From the human T2T-CHM13v2.0 reference genome, Homo sapiens, in the NCBI RefSeq assembly GCF_009914755.1, contig NC_060945.1: a DNA stretch of 64,000 nucleotides. One strand, written 5' to 3'. Every line of letters begins with the position of its first letter. Position 1 is the first letter of the stretch. The translations under genes and the position numbers were made by a program. Positions 14,481-28,185 of this stretch are shown in pieces. The notes under the pieces are model-generated. The model made no database searches and was not told the DNA's origin. It worked only from the letters and a program-made list of their open reading frames with translations.

Positions 14481-17400
14481 CATTTTCATTTTATTTTCCC
14501 TTGTTCAGGTGGTCAATAAAAAATTATTACACCTTTAAAAAGAGGTACCTAAATAAACAAACCTACCAATTCTGTATGCAAAATTAAATCCTGGACTGGC
14601 AGTGTTGCTCAGATAACACTCAGAAAAGAACAATGTGACTGAAACTGTAAGGAACAGGTCAAAAACACTCCATTTAAAATGTGAACACCTGCTACAGAAT
14701 ATTTTGATTCACAAGTCCATCTAGGAAATATTTTTCTTCCTCCCTCACCTGTTCCCCCACCTATCTTGCATTCAACACCATAAACAGCACTTATCCCCCA
14801 TTATAAAACAGTTGACGGTTAAAACAATGAGCCAACCAAGAAAGTATAATACTCTATAACTGACATTTACTGCATTGGCCTTGGACTTCTAATCTTTACC
14901 AGACGGGCACACAAATCAATCCATCAGCTCATAAAGGTGTGCTTTTTTAACCTCTAAAACAGATGGGATTGGCCAGAAGTGTCTGGCATGTCAAACTGCT
15001 AATCACTGCTGCCCTTTGCACAAAATAACCCACTTAAGTTGAGGCATGGTTGCACTGTAACCGACATTAGTCTGTGGGAAACCCATTTAACTGTCACACA
15101 CTCCTGCCACTCCTGCTCTCCCTTAATTAAGCCTAATGCCTTATGCTTTGACCTTTTGTTCTAGCCTATTAACCCTATCTAGTACAAGTTCAATTATGTT
15201 AAGCTAAAAACTTTGCTGTAAAATATTAAATGCCAAGCTCAAAAAATCATAAGGGACATCCTCTCAGCCCTAAGTTCTATTCACCCTGATACTCAATACA
15301 TTTGAAAGTAAAACCTCACTTTCGAAGTAACGCTGATACTGAAGCAAGGAGATGTTGAATGACTCACCCATTTCATAGCTTTTCCGTGGCAAAGCCTCAC
15401 TAAAACCTATCTAATCCCTAGCTCCAATTCTTTAATCTCCATGGTGCTTCTGATTAATAGTTAAACCACCCGGAAGTATGTTAAGGATACTAACATTTTC
15501 ACCCCGAAGTATTATCCTTCGCCATCCTCTAGAATATGCTATGCAAAGAGGCCTAAAACAAAATAAACTGCGACTTCAGCAGCTGAGAAGTAATGATTCC
15601 TTTCCCCTCCCACACATCAAAACTTCCTATCCTATCCCCTCACTACTTTTTTTCCTTTTTAAAAGTAACAATGGTCATTGAGAACTACTAAATCCTGCAA
15701 CACTCACAAGGTAGTATGTACAACCACAGTTTTCCCCCGCGATACTTCACTGAAGTATTCAATACAGCCAATGACTTAAACTACAGAAGGTAATTACAAC
15801 TTGCTACTTATCCTCACTGGACAAATTCACGCAGCATATCTTTTCAAATACGTCTTTTTTACACCTATATGCATATGAATTGCTGCTCACATTTACCAGA
15901 ATTCCAAAAAACACAATGAAAAACACTTCCTAATTCACTGTAAAATAAAACAAAACGTAGTCCAAAGTAACATGCTATCATTAAAGATAGTTTTACCACA
16001 GTGATGTATACTGTTATTTTTCCTTCCATTTACTTCATACAATTAAAAAAAAGGTTCCTACCACTCTCACTGTGACACATAAACAACTTAAAGATCAGTA
16101 ACATAAAACAAAATTTGAATTTCTGATTGGTATAAAGAAATCCATATTAATTTTAGATTTTCAAAAGATTTAAAGTCAGATTTTAATTTTACTTTTGTTG
16201 ACTGCCCAAAGGCCCATTTTTACCTATTCTCAATATTAACAAATATTGTCAGCTTTTGCCTTTAGCAACCCTAAACTTTACAGTTTTAAAGTAACATGCC
16301 ATTAAACAGAATATACAATGATTTTGCAAAAGCAAGATCGTTTAGAGTACTGCCAAAACAATGAATAATCTCAATGAGATAATTTATTAAAGGAGGAAAA
16401 AAGAGAACGAGAGTTTAAAATTCACAGTGAATGTGTTTGTGTTGTTAGAATGATGCCTGCAAAGGAAAGCATTCCTTGGCATTATCGGGAGGAATACCCA
16501 TGGATGTGTAAAATGTAAAATAAATAGATAGATGTATGGTCAAAGCTAAGCAAACACTTGTATCAGGGGCAACTACCAGGAACTTTAGTTTTATTCACCC
16601 TTTTCATTGCAAAGGATAATAGTGTTAATTTTGATCAGATGTCATGCCTTAGCTACAACTTTTAGTTCATGAAATAAAAATTAAGTTTGGGTGTCTGCTG
16701 AGGAATCCAACAGTGGGAAATTCACACTCACAACTAATTTATAGAAATTCACACATTTCTATAACATACCGACTGACACTAATGAACAATGAGGGAAAAA
16801 ATTGTTCAGGAATTCAGGATAAGTAAGCACTGGAGGAAAGCACACAGTAGAACACAGTGCATAAATAGTAAATGTGCTCATTTTTCTGCCCTTTTACTTC
16901 ATATATTAGTCCATTAGCTTGTTCCTTTTTGCTATGATTTACAAGCAGGTGAATACACAGAAATATGAGCCAAAAGAAATATACTGTCAAATACTCATGA
17001 AGTTACCTTTGTTAAACAAAAAAGAAACAACAAACAACTTTGTCTTCACAAAGCAAGAAACTAGGTTAAAGTTATTTTAAGAGCATCTGTTAAAAATCAG
17101 TGTTATAAATATATATCCATATAATTTATTTTCTATTAGCATTTTAAAATAAATTTCTCGTCTAGAAATCTCTGAGCTCCATTTCAAAATAATTTTATTT
17201 TCTGTCTCTTACCAGCAGTTATTAATGTAGTTGAATATGACTCTTAGAAAAGAGTCAGGAAATTCACCTTCAGTGAAGAGCAAATCCTAATTTTTAAAAC
17301 ATAGATGGGCTTCATATACTACTTAATCCCATAACTTACCAAGTTCTGAATCATCAACTGTTCTTGATACCCTCTTAACTTTTAAGGTTACTGCACACCA

Positions 17401-20400
17401 AAATGAACTCTGGATGTGAAATGTTAAGATTTCCACCTTACCAAGCCGTCAAATCCAAGGCAGTTAAGTGTGCCCAGCTGGCGGGTCCCTTTGACTACAG
17501 GAAGTGATGCTAAGGAAACTGCCTAGTAGGCTCCAGAAATATTTGTATTCATTTCCTTACAAAAAAAATGTTGCCCCCAAAGATTTTGCTAAACGTTTTC
17601 TAATATAATTTGCGTATTACTGAAGAAATGTAATATTACAAAACAAATTATTTCAAGTACCAATTAATTATAATGTCAATAACAGTCAGTTTCACTTTTT
17701 CCCTCATAATTAGTATGCCTGGAAAGAAGAAGATACATTTTAAGGAAAAAATATTGTTCCTTTTAAAAGTCCTAATTTAAACAGACTAAAGAAAAAACGT
17801 GGAAGAGCTTCCATTATTCATAAGTTACACATAATAATTAACAACTGCTATGCATAAATACATAAAGGTTCTACTGCTGTGCCAAATTTTGCCAGTGGTT
17901 GGGACTGGTACAGTTCAATTTAACAAATGCTTATAGACATCCTTCTGTGTGCCAGACACTTACAGGACCAACAGTACACTGATGAATAAGCTCCTATTCA
18001 TGGAGTTCTACCAAGGAAAACAGCTATAACACAAGTTTAACTTTTACAATCAGGGCGTACACAAAACTGTGAAAGAAAATCTGATCTTGTTAGAGGCTTG
18101 GGGACAGAAGTAAGCCTACAAACTCCCTTGCCCACTGTCCCATGAGGGAGAATATTCCTTTCCAATTTGTTTCACCAACATCAGGAACGTGGCCAGTGTG
18201 TGGTCCATGAAAAGGTCTACACATAGGTTTCTTCTCTCTTGCTCTCTTTTCTAGGGGTGTAGACCAACGTGCACTTGGTTCATGGCACATTATCACCACT
18301 GGTCCACACAGTGCCCCCTCATCTTATTTGTTACCTTTCTCAAGAGAATAGAGGAATGGGGTCCATAAACTTTGAGATATGTTTCCAGTTGAACCAACAG
18401 ACCCAACCACCTACATTAATGGTGTTGGAATACTACTCATCAGTAAAAAGTAGAGCTGGCCTGTGAGTGTTCTGGTCAACTAAAGGTATCTGGCTCTCTT
18501 TGTCTGCAAATAAATAGCAAGTCTCCCTACTTCTTTTTAAATAAAATTCCAAATGTACGTAACATGTAAAACAATGCCACTGCATGAACATGTACATAAC
18601 TGTACTATTCTTTTTTTAAATTCTCAGCCTGGAAATTACATTTCAAGTACTAGAATATTCAACAAATCCTAAGACTTTTATGAAGACCATGAGAAGAAAA
18701 TAAGGTACTAGAACAAAAGTGATGCAGCCAGCCAATTCTCGTTTCATGTCTCAAGACCCAGTTCTTATTATTATAGATCCCTTTGTGGGGTTAGCTTGGA
18801 TTTTACTGCGGGATCCATCACCAAAGGTTATTAACTATTCCTTAACACCTGGTACACAAACCCCTCTTTCTGAGACTGCTTTGACAAAAATAAACAAAAA
18901 AGTGTGAAATAAATCAAGATTTGACTGACCATCCTAGGTCTACCCAACTGCTAGCTGAATGACTTTCAAAACGTCTTTAAATTCTTAAGGACTCAATTTC
19001 TTCCTCCGTAAAATGCAGATAGTAACTGTTTTGGGCATTTTAACTTAACAGCAATAACAAAAACTACAGGAAGATAAGTAATTATTGACCCCATTGTATC
19101 ACATGGATCCCCTGGCAATTAAAAAAAAAGATGAATGAGATATTAAGAAATAAAAAGGAAAACAGAGTAAAGACAAAACAGAAATAAAGAAGGAAACCCA
19201 AAAGGAAAGAAAATGGCACATAAGCACTAAATGGTAGCATTTTATCATTATTTTATTTATAGTCTACACTAACTGTGTGCTCTTCCATACAAAAGATGCA
19301 TCTAAAAACTAACTTGTTTGATAAATGGGGGGAGGACAAGGTGCCTCTAAGATAGGTGTGCTTAAATCCAGAGCAGCCGTAGCTTTTATCAAATTCTCTT
19401 CCAACCTGAAAAATCTAACGATTCTATGAAATAACTTCAATTTGTGAAAGCCCAAGCAAAAGAAATTCAAAGTTAAAAAAAAAAAAAAAAGAAAATGTGA
19501 CTTTGACTCAGGTCAGTCAAGTATTACCAGGATAGATAAAAGTAGATTTTTAGCAATACAGTTAACAATGGGTCTTGCCACAATAATAGCAAACATCCAG
19601 ATATTGGAAAGGAATCAGATGGTAAATTTAAAAAAGACTGTTTTCAATCCTTATATTTGGCTTCACATAGATTCAGTGTATTTTAATTCATTTTTTTTTA
19701 AAAAGCATGGATCAGTTAAGGAAATAATATAAGTTCATTCTGATCTTTAGGAAGACATTCTTCCCCCCATATTGTTCACTTTGACAATTTCTCTTTTTTC
19801 TTATTTGGCCAAAATATAACGTATTCTCTAAACAAAACACAGATGTTTCCTTTGCAGCTTTTATACAAATCTCTTGCTTTTCCAACATGATTTGGCAACT
19901 CAAAATCCAAAGCACCCTAGAAAATATTATGTTTACACGTCTTATTATTCATCTTTGTGTCTCCAATATAGTTTCAATTTGACTATACCTTTCAGTGTAT
20001 AGGGAACCACTCAGCTTGAATCTTTTAGGTTCAAAAATTCCATAAATTTTAAATGAGGCAAGTAAAAGGAGGTGGAGAAGCTCATAACTCCATTTCTTAT
20101 GGCTTTAACAATAAAAGAACGTACCTGGTATGTACTTAAAAATGTACTATGTGCCACAAAGCTCCCCCACTCAACAATCTCCCTCCTGACACAGTCTACC
20201 CTCAAAATAAAGTCAACTACTCCTCATCTCTCTGCTTCCACTTCCTTCCAATTCACAAATACATTGTTAATTTCCTCTTTGCATTTCAGAGAGCAGTTTA
20301 TCAGCACAGGATAGTCTTTAACAAAATTGTTGTGAGTGAAGATAGGGTAATTAAAAAAAAAATCATGTTAAGAACTGTTAATAGTCAAGAGTTGTAACTT

Positions 20401-20904
20401 TTCAACCAGGAAGAGCTATGGTTCTGAATTTGCTACAACTGCTCCTTGAAGTGGACAAACATAACTAGCCTTGGGAACACTCAGTTTAAGACCATGACAA
20501 GCTATTTCAATGAATTATATAAAGAAACATAGTTGCTTTCACTGCCTCAAATAACACCGCAGTAATTCTGTGATACACTTCAGAAGAGTTAGCACTGGAG
20601 GGAAAAGAGCCTGTGCGGCAGCCCTTGGTGACTACATTTCCCTCCAGCGCAATGCAGGTAGCAGGACATCAGCGCTTTGAGAACTAGCATAAGCTGCTGC
20701 AGAATCATCGACTGGCAACAATGTGCCTTCCCAGAGAGCCTGGTCTTGGAGAATCCAGGCTATGAGGCTTGCAAATGCTGCATGAGTTTTATGGCTACCA
20801 GGTTGGGAGCAAGGTTTTTTAACGGCTTCCTGAATGTCAGATGGCAACTGGTTTTTTCTTCAAACAATGGCATATTCTTTAAGAAAATCAAATTATCAAT
20901 GAAA

Positions 20905-21065
20905 TTTGCCATGTGACCACAGGCAAGTTAACTATTCTTGCATTTTTCAGACTAGGTTTCCTTATCTCTAAACTAGAGAAAATGATACCTACATGTCACA
21001 GGGGAACTGGAAGGATTAAAAGACAAAATGTGTGTAAAGCTTCCAGCACAATGTCTGGCACAAAA
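20905..21065 (+). mobile_element. MIR (tRNA-derived SINE)
   Basis: Core tgtgaccacaggcaagttaac...gtttccttatctctaaa...aggattaaa...tgtgtaaagcttccagcacaatgtctggcaca. Confidence 0.75.
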
Positions 21066-24000
21066 CGGTTGCCCCAAAAAGTTCAATACTCTTCCTTTCC
21101 CTGCTCCCCCTCCCAACAAAACAGGAAAAGGCAACAGCCAAGTAACTAAACAACTTCTTAATATTCCAAGTTTCTACCCAATCATCTCTTCTTCTTTTAA
21201 AACCACAGGCTTGAAATCTTTACTGTTTACTGTCAACAACGGCATATACTGCTGTACAGTCAGAATTTTAGAATTTAGAAATCAAATATAACCCCCTTAT
21301 TCAACAGATGCTGCCGGGGGAGATAAAAGGGCTTTCCTTTTATCTGTATCATCTTGATTTAGTAGCAGAACCTAAACTCGAAAAATAAACGTGGAATAAC
21401 AGGAATACTATTTTTTAACATGTTTTTCAAAAATCAAACCTGAGCCTACATAACCCATTGTGCAAACAGTCCCTTTAGGAGAAAAACTGCAACTGTGATT
21501 AATTTCTCTCAAGAATATTTATTTCCCATTTGGAGAGTTTCACATGTTTCCAAACATATTTTCTTGATGTCCTCCATGTCATTGTGTATTCTCTCCTTCC
21601 CTTAATTTGTTTCTTTTCCAGTGTATAAATCTATTGCTCTATTATAGATTATTATAATATAAACTCATAAATTCAGGAATTTAAAAAAAATCTTTAAAAG
21701 CATGCTTCTCAGAAATCATTACACTCTGTTAAACACTTGCTATCTCTCAACTTCTAGATAGATTCCTCAAGAGAGAAGTCCTTTTTTCATTCTGAACTTC
21801 TAATTCTCAAATTTTGATTGTGTCCTGTTAGTTACCAAACACACCATTATACTACTACTCTCATTTCAATATTGTACATAAACGATTCCCCATCTTACTA
21901 ATGAAATGCTTTTTTAAAGCAGTAACATATTTAACATGTGCACATGTTATGAAGAGTATAGGCAAACTCAACTATTAAAAACATGTAACTATAAGGAAAG
22001 CCATCTTAGACACTATATGTGACTACAGCTAAGCTTTTCTCTTAAGTATCTAAAGCAAATCACCAGACTTTTACATAGTACCCTCACATAGCTAGATAAG
22101 AAAGTAAAAGTAAAATAATGAAAGCAGACTCTAAACAGCAGAAGCTCCAAACTCCTTAGTTTCTCTGTTGTGCTCAATCCTTTAGCAAATTACAGGCCTG
22201 AAAACAAGGAGTAGCTCTATCACTTAACAAGTGACTAAGGAATGACTTTGTTAATTAGAAGTCCAAGGGTGAGAGGCTCCTTTCCACCAAAGCTCTGAAT
22301 AAACATCAACATCAGGTCAACCAGAGTTGTCTTGGTCCCAGGAGTAGCTTAAGCGGATGACTCAAATTCCCAGCAGAATTCTAGTTTAATATTTATTGGA
22401 ACTCCGAGCTTAGTCACACAGTGACTTGGAATTTAAGACACATGGGGTCTCTTCTTTCCATCCTTAAAGATATTTTTGCTAAGTGACACAAAGTTAAAGA
22501 GGCAAGATGGGTTTTAATTTAGAGTTTTTATTCCCTGAGGTGTAAGAAATTAAAATTTTATTTTCTGGGGAGAGTGAACCATACTAGCTCTGAATTTCAA
22601 ACACAACTATTAACCCTGTCAGATAATTCTATTATCAAGTTTTACAAAACTGTTTACTATTATTATTTTTTTTTGCTACCCCAGCCCTATGTATTGAAAG
22701 TGGAAAGAAGGAAGGGAGGGAAGGAGGGAAGGAGAGAGGGAGAATGGATGAATGGATGTATGTCACAATCACCTTTCTAGCCAAAACTGCAACATATGCT
22801 GGAGTTCTTGAAATTATTTCAACCAAAAAAAGAATCACAGGACTCATAATTTGTTTAGCAGGTAATTATTTGCCCCATTATCTTCAAGAACAATCTATCT
22901 TAAAACTGTGTATAGCTTTTTAAGAAATCTTAATACTAAGAGGATCCTTTTTTTCATAACCCCAAAGAGTGTTTTCTTCCTCTATTTTTGAATTGCCAGC
23001 CTTCTCAATTCTTTAAATCTGATTCACATTATACTACTTTTAGAGTTCTAGGCTAAATGTTTATCCATAGCATGATTCAAGGTATTAATTTCAACAAAAT
23101 ACTAATATAATGATAAAATGTATCACATTTATTTTCAACTCTTTCCTATTCTTCTGATTTAAGAACTTAAAGAAAAATATTTTATGTTTCGGGTGCATTT
23201 TGATAAGCTAAAATACCACAACTTTTGTAATTCTTCATTTGTAATATTTGCAAGATAGTGTAGGGATCAATTTGAATTTCAAGGTTCATGATATAGAGTA
23301 TGTACCATAACAGTGAGAAAAGTTAGTATAAATTCCTACTCATCTCAGTTTCTATATTTATTGCAACAAATTAAAACTGCATTTCATAACTCGTAGTAAA
23401 ACAAAAGGAAAGTTCTGTTTTAAATAAACTCCAACCTTCAGAATCCTATACATTCAGTATCCATCAACCTGAACACTAAATTTCAAGAAAAAACAACAGA
23501 TGGGCATCCATATAATAGTTTGCAAAGAAACCCTGATAAGACTTCAGGAGTTTCTGTGGTCTCTATTTTCCCCCTACCATGAATCATAGGTAATGTGCTT
23601 AAATAAAGCATTATTTCTGCAGTTATTTACATGTTTATCTTTATCAGAGATCCTATAAAAGAATTATCCAGTTCACCACCCAAACTTTAGCACTCAGAAC
23701 ACGGTTTTCCCTGTTGATGAAGACCCTTGTAAAATTCCAGATCTTAAAAGATTAAAGAAAATGTGATCTAATATTAATTCATTTTCCTCCAAAGTATAAC
23801 TCCTGATTCCATGCTGGTACCCAATTTTGATCCTCTACTTTAAAGATATCTCAGAGACATTCAAAACAAAGTGTGAACATGCACAAAAGGGGAACTTGTC
23901 GTTTCTCTCCCTCAAACAACCACTATTTATATAATATTGCTGGCCTCCTAAAAGAGAATAGAATCCATTACCATCAGCAATTCATGTCTCTGCTTCAGCA

Positions 24001-26108
24001 TCAGATGCAAACAGGATACAGAAACTAGATCTCTCTCCTCCATTTACTTTTTGTTCATTCCAACCTCTCGACATAATCTTCAGTTCCATTCCAATGGCCT
24101 GTTTCACCATCTGACACTCCTGGTTTTTACCTTCTCAAGTCTTAGTGGCCATAGTGGTGTTACATTTCTCTAATTGTTGTGTTATCTAAATACTACAGGA
24201 TGAGCCTGCTCATTCCCCCTCCCCCAAAAGTCCCTGAAAAAACTACAACTTAAGGAAATGCAACTTGAACCTTTTTAGTTCACAGATTCAAACTCATATC
24301 CTGCAAGACCCTAGCATATCTTGTTGAAAATTTTCTTTGACTTTTCAACAGTAGTCAAGATTATTTTAATGAAAATATTTCTCCAGTTGGAAGACATGGG
24401 TATACAGGACTTTGCTAGAACGGCAAATGCTTTTTCCCAGTCTTCATCCGTGTAACAGTAAATCATTATTAAACAAACACACAGAACAAAACCCACTCTG
24501 ATTGTGTATCAATCACCTGAAGGGGCAGAAGGGAAAAGTACAAGAGTGAAGAAACTTCTCCCCACCCACAGCCAAGAAGGAACGCTGCAACTAAGGCAGT
24601 TTTTCATGGAAGAAAATATCCAAAGATCTAGACAGTGTTTATTTTAGAAAAGGGGAAGAGAGCAAGGGAGGGAGGGAAATGGTAGGGAAGGGACTACCAT
24701 TTCCTCTTACTAACCTACATTAAAAACTAATTGTATCAAGCAATCTCAAATGCGAAAAGCAAAACTGACCCTAGCACAATTTAAAGTGAATAATGTTTTC
24801 CTTGACAAAAATTCGGTATTTTAAACTCATTCTGAGCAAAATTATCTTTTAACCTGATACACCAAACTATTACTGCTTTTCCCAAACAACAGTTAGAACA
24901 TGAGCTTTTGAGTTTCTTACATTCTTTACGTTTTAAAATTAAAAGCCAAATTCCTTTAACCTCATATATCCTAAGCCACTCTGATTTAAAATTACTTCTA
25001 TGTCATTGTCTTCTAGCATTGGTCTGCAATAGAATCTGTGCAATTAACAATAATCTTCTTCCCTCTGATCTTTCTAGAGTCAAGGATGGCATATCTCCTT
25101 ATCTTATTTGTTCCATTAGATTGGCATATTTTGCCTCATCTGTCACCTTCTATCAAACTCTGCTTTCAGATATGCGTTAATTCATTTTTAGTTGTCCTCA
25201 ATGTTCTAAAATAGTGATGTTTGACAGAATTAATACAGTGCTCTAGTTCTTTCTGTTCAACTGGTATTTAATTAAAGATCTTGGAGGCCATCTTTCTCTC
25301 AGGCTACACCACTTAAAGGAGGAACATTACTTCTTCCATGGACAATGTGATAAGCCACATGGCAACAAAGCTGCCTCCCTAAGGTCTCTCATTTAATAGA
25401 CTGCTTTACCACATATAAACTACCAGCAAAACAGATTATCACTTTAATTCACATTGATTTTACTCTTCATATCTCTGAATCACAACTCTGTCATGGGCTG
25501 CGTTCTCTCTTAACTTCTGAATTTCCAGAATTTCTGTAGTTGTAATGCTCTCCTGTATTTTTGCTTTTGTTTCATCTGGACTTCAAAAAGTTCTAATGGC
25601 ATCTGATTGGGAAGATTTCTTGAATCTCTGATAACAACGCAGAAGTCTTTAAGCAATCAGAACTGCCTTGGCGCACAAACTGAAAACTCCGTTTTAAAAT
25701 CTTCTGAATTAACATCTTTTGGAGAATAGCCCACTCAACTTGATATGTCATAATTTTCAATTCTAAAGGTGGCACGGATAATTTAAAGTGGCACTTGCTA
25801 TTTATTACTTAAATAATTGTTCTCTTGGACGGGCTTTTGAAAGCTAGTACTTCTTAATCATTTTCGACTATATCAGAACTGTAACAGACATGTCAATTTA
25901 AGCAAACTTCATGAGCAATAAACTAACAAACAGACTCTAGGTGGTGGTATAGGTTATTTTTTATCATGATGTTTTGCACTTATAACTGCAAGAGTCAGAA
26001 AAGCCTTTAGTCTCTTCACACACTTCTTTAGTGCAAAGTTAACAATATTTTAGGGTGTTAAAATTAGCAAAATCCAAGTTCTGCAGAGTTTAGAAATGCA
26101 TGTAAAAG

Positions 26109-26171
26109 AGGCATTAAACCTGGTTTTCAACTAACTTCCCACAGGCATTAAACCTGGTTTTTCAACTAACT
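26109..26171 (+). repeat. 28-bp direct duplication with 6-bp spacer
   Basis: aggcattaaacctggttttcaactaact (26109-26136) and aggcattaaacctggtttttcaactaact (26143-26171). Confidence 0.9.
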
Positions 26172-27927
26172 CATTTGAATAAAATCAACAACGAACAGTC
26201 CTTTTTTTTTTCTGTTATGTTCTGATGTATATTTTACTCACACTCCTAGGGCACTTTTAAAGGTAAGTTTGGAAAGAGGTCTTTCTCCACCAGAGTATGA
26301 AACAGACTAGAACAACCAATCCTACAACCTGCAGGGCAGTAGCCGCTCCACTAATTGATTCTCCTTCTTTGTCTCTAGGAACTATGCCCAGGCAGAAAAA
26401 AAGTTACTGTAGGTGATGAAGCCAGTGCTCCCTGAACCAAATAAACCCTATCGACGTTACCGAACTGCCGGGCAAAACCAGAGCAACTCACTTACTTGGA
26501 AGGTGAAAAACACTTCAACATACTCCAGGCGGCAACCGACACTTAGGGGCCAGGCAGATGAAACACCATTTGTTTAAAAAGTCTATTATTTCACTGTCTC
26601 TTCAACAAAGGTGGAAAACTGATGATTAAACACTGAATAATGCCACCCACTTACTAAACCTATGATTCACTAATAAGCAGGTTCAATGCAATTCATAACT
26701 TTAAAGAATGAATTACCGAAGCCCCTTGCTTCACAAATTCCCCCAAGAAACAGAAAGAGCATTCATCACATATAACCCGACAACCATTTTTACTATGGAC
26801 ACCTACAGATGGCTTCTCTTCCTCTAAGGACACAATTTCCTTCACAATCCCACATGTAATCATTTACAATACCAGAAACAAACTCCAACTCAGTTCCACC
26901 AACTGGGTTTTTAAAAATCCTTGTGCCTAAGAACGTCTTTTTTCCCCAAAGTAAAATGTGCCATTAAAAAATATTTTTAAAACGCAAAAGTGCTTATCAT
27001 TCCGTACTTCTTTTACTACCTTCAGCAGCCAATTATTGACGTGATAAAAGGTAGAAACTCCTGGAATGCTTCAGAGATCAACATGTGTCACAGACTCCCA
27101 GCCTGTCCGCCTCTAAGACACAGTTGGTTCCTTTGTTCCTTCTGACTGAACACCAACTCCTGATCAAAATTGGGAAACTACTTTGGAAGGGATGGGAGGG
27201 TCTGCAGAATACATCCACGGAAACCTTCATAAAACAATATTCAATCGTAATAAGGTGGACACAGAAGAAGGGAGAAAAGGCAGCCTCCCGGACTTCCACC
27301 GGGCTCACCCTAAATGGGGGCCGGCCCCTGGCTCCTGGTAAAATGATGGCTGAGGCCTCGGGTCCGTGAGCCTCGCCATCGGGAGGGGACCGCGAGTGCG
27401 GGCAGAGCGGCCCGGGGTCGGGTGGGGGCCGGGCGAGCTGTCCCTTTTCCTATTCACTTTCCCAGCCGGGTATCCAGCGAGCAAGGAGCAGGGAGGCACC
27501 CAGGCGAAAGGCGCCGCCCAGGATCCGGCTGGACAGCAGGACGGAGAGCGGCGAGGCGAGCGGTGCCCGGGGTTCGGGACCGAGAGGGCAAGCGAGCGGG
27601 GGCAACCCCGACCCGGCCCCCCGAGTCCGGCCCCGCTCAGGGGCCACGCGACGGCCGCCCCCTTGCCCAGAACTGGCACGGACGGGCGGGCCGACCCGGG
27701 GCCACTCCACAACTTGCCGGCCCGCCGCCCCGGCCCCCCGCGAGAACCCGGAGACTCGAACCAGGCAGCAGAGGCAGGATTTCCCCGGAAACGCGCCCTC
27801 CCCGCCGCCCCGACGCCCCCGCGGCCCTGCCAGCCAAGCGAGAGCCGACGCGGGCCGCGCTCCCGGGCCGTTTCCGGCGGCGCCGGCGGCCGCTACTCCT
27901 GGCGCCCTGGCCGCGGCCGTCACTCAC

Positions 27928-28185
27928 CCCAGGCCGCCGCGGCTCCCAGCCTCCGGCTCCGTCAGGCTCGGTCCGCGAAGGCGCCTGCCGCCCCGTCCTG
28001 GCCCGGCGCCCCGGCGAGCTCTTCCCTCCGACCAGCGGCGCTCACGGCGCAGCGGCGGACGCGAGGCCACGGGCGGACGGGCGCGCGCGGGTGGCGGGCG
28101 GGCGTGGGGCCGGGTCGTCCCTGCGCCTCGCCGCCGCCTCCTCCGCCGCCGCCTCCCGAGTTCGGGGCTCTGCTGCAATGTCTGC
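27928..28185 (-). other. NRIP1: Non-coding exon 1 (5' UTR); 5' end approximate
   Basis: Strong donor CTGGG|GTGAGT on the minus strand (plus ACTCAC at 27922-27927), inside the CpG island; no ATG between 27928 and 28185 on the minus strand. The exact TSS cannot be read from sequence. Confidence 0.85.

Noticed and set aside
24311-24496. Protein-looking 61-aa minus-strand ORF (…TDEDWEKAFAVLAKSC…)
   Set aside because: Non-ATG start, no convincing flanking splice sites and no recognisable family; length is within chance expectation.
25330-25440. Cys/His pattern resembling a RING finger (ICGKA…LLPCGLSHC)
   Set aside because: Interrupted by stops with wrong ligand spacing; the region is better explained as a possible hAT fossil or chance.
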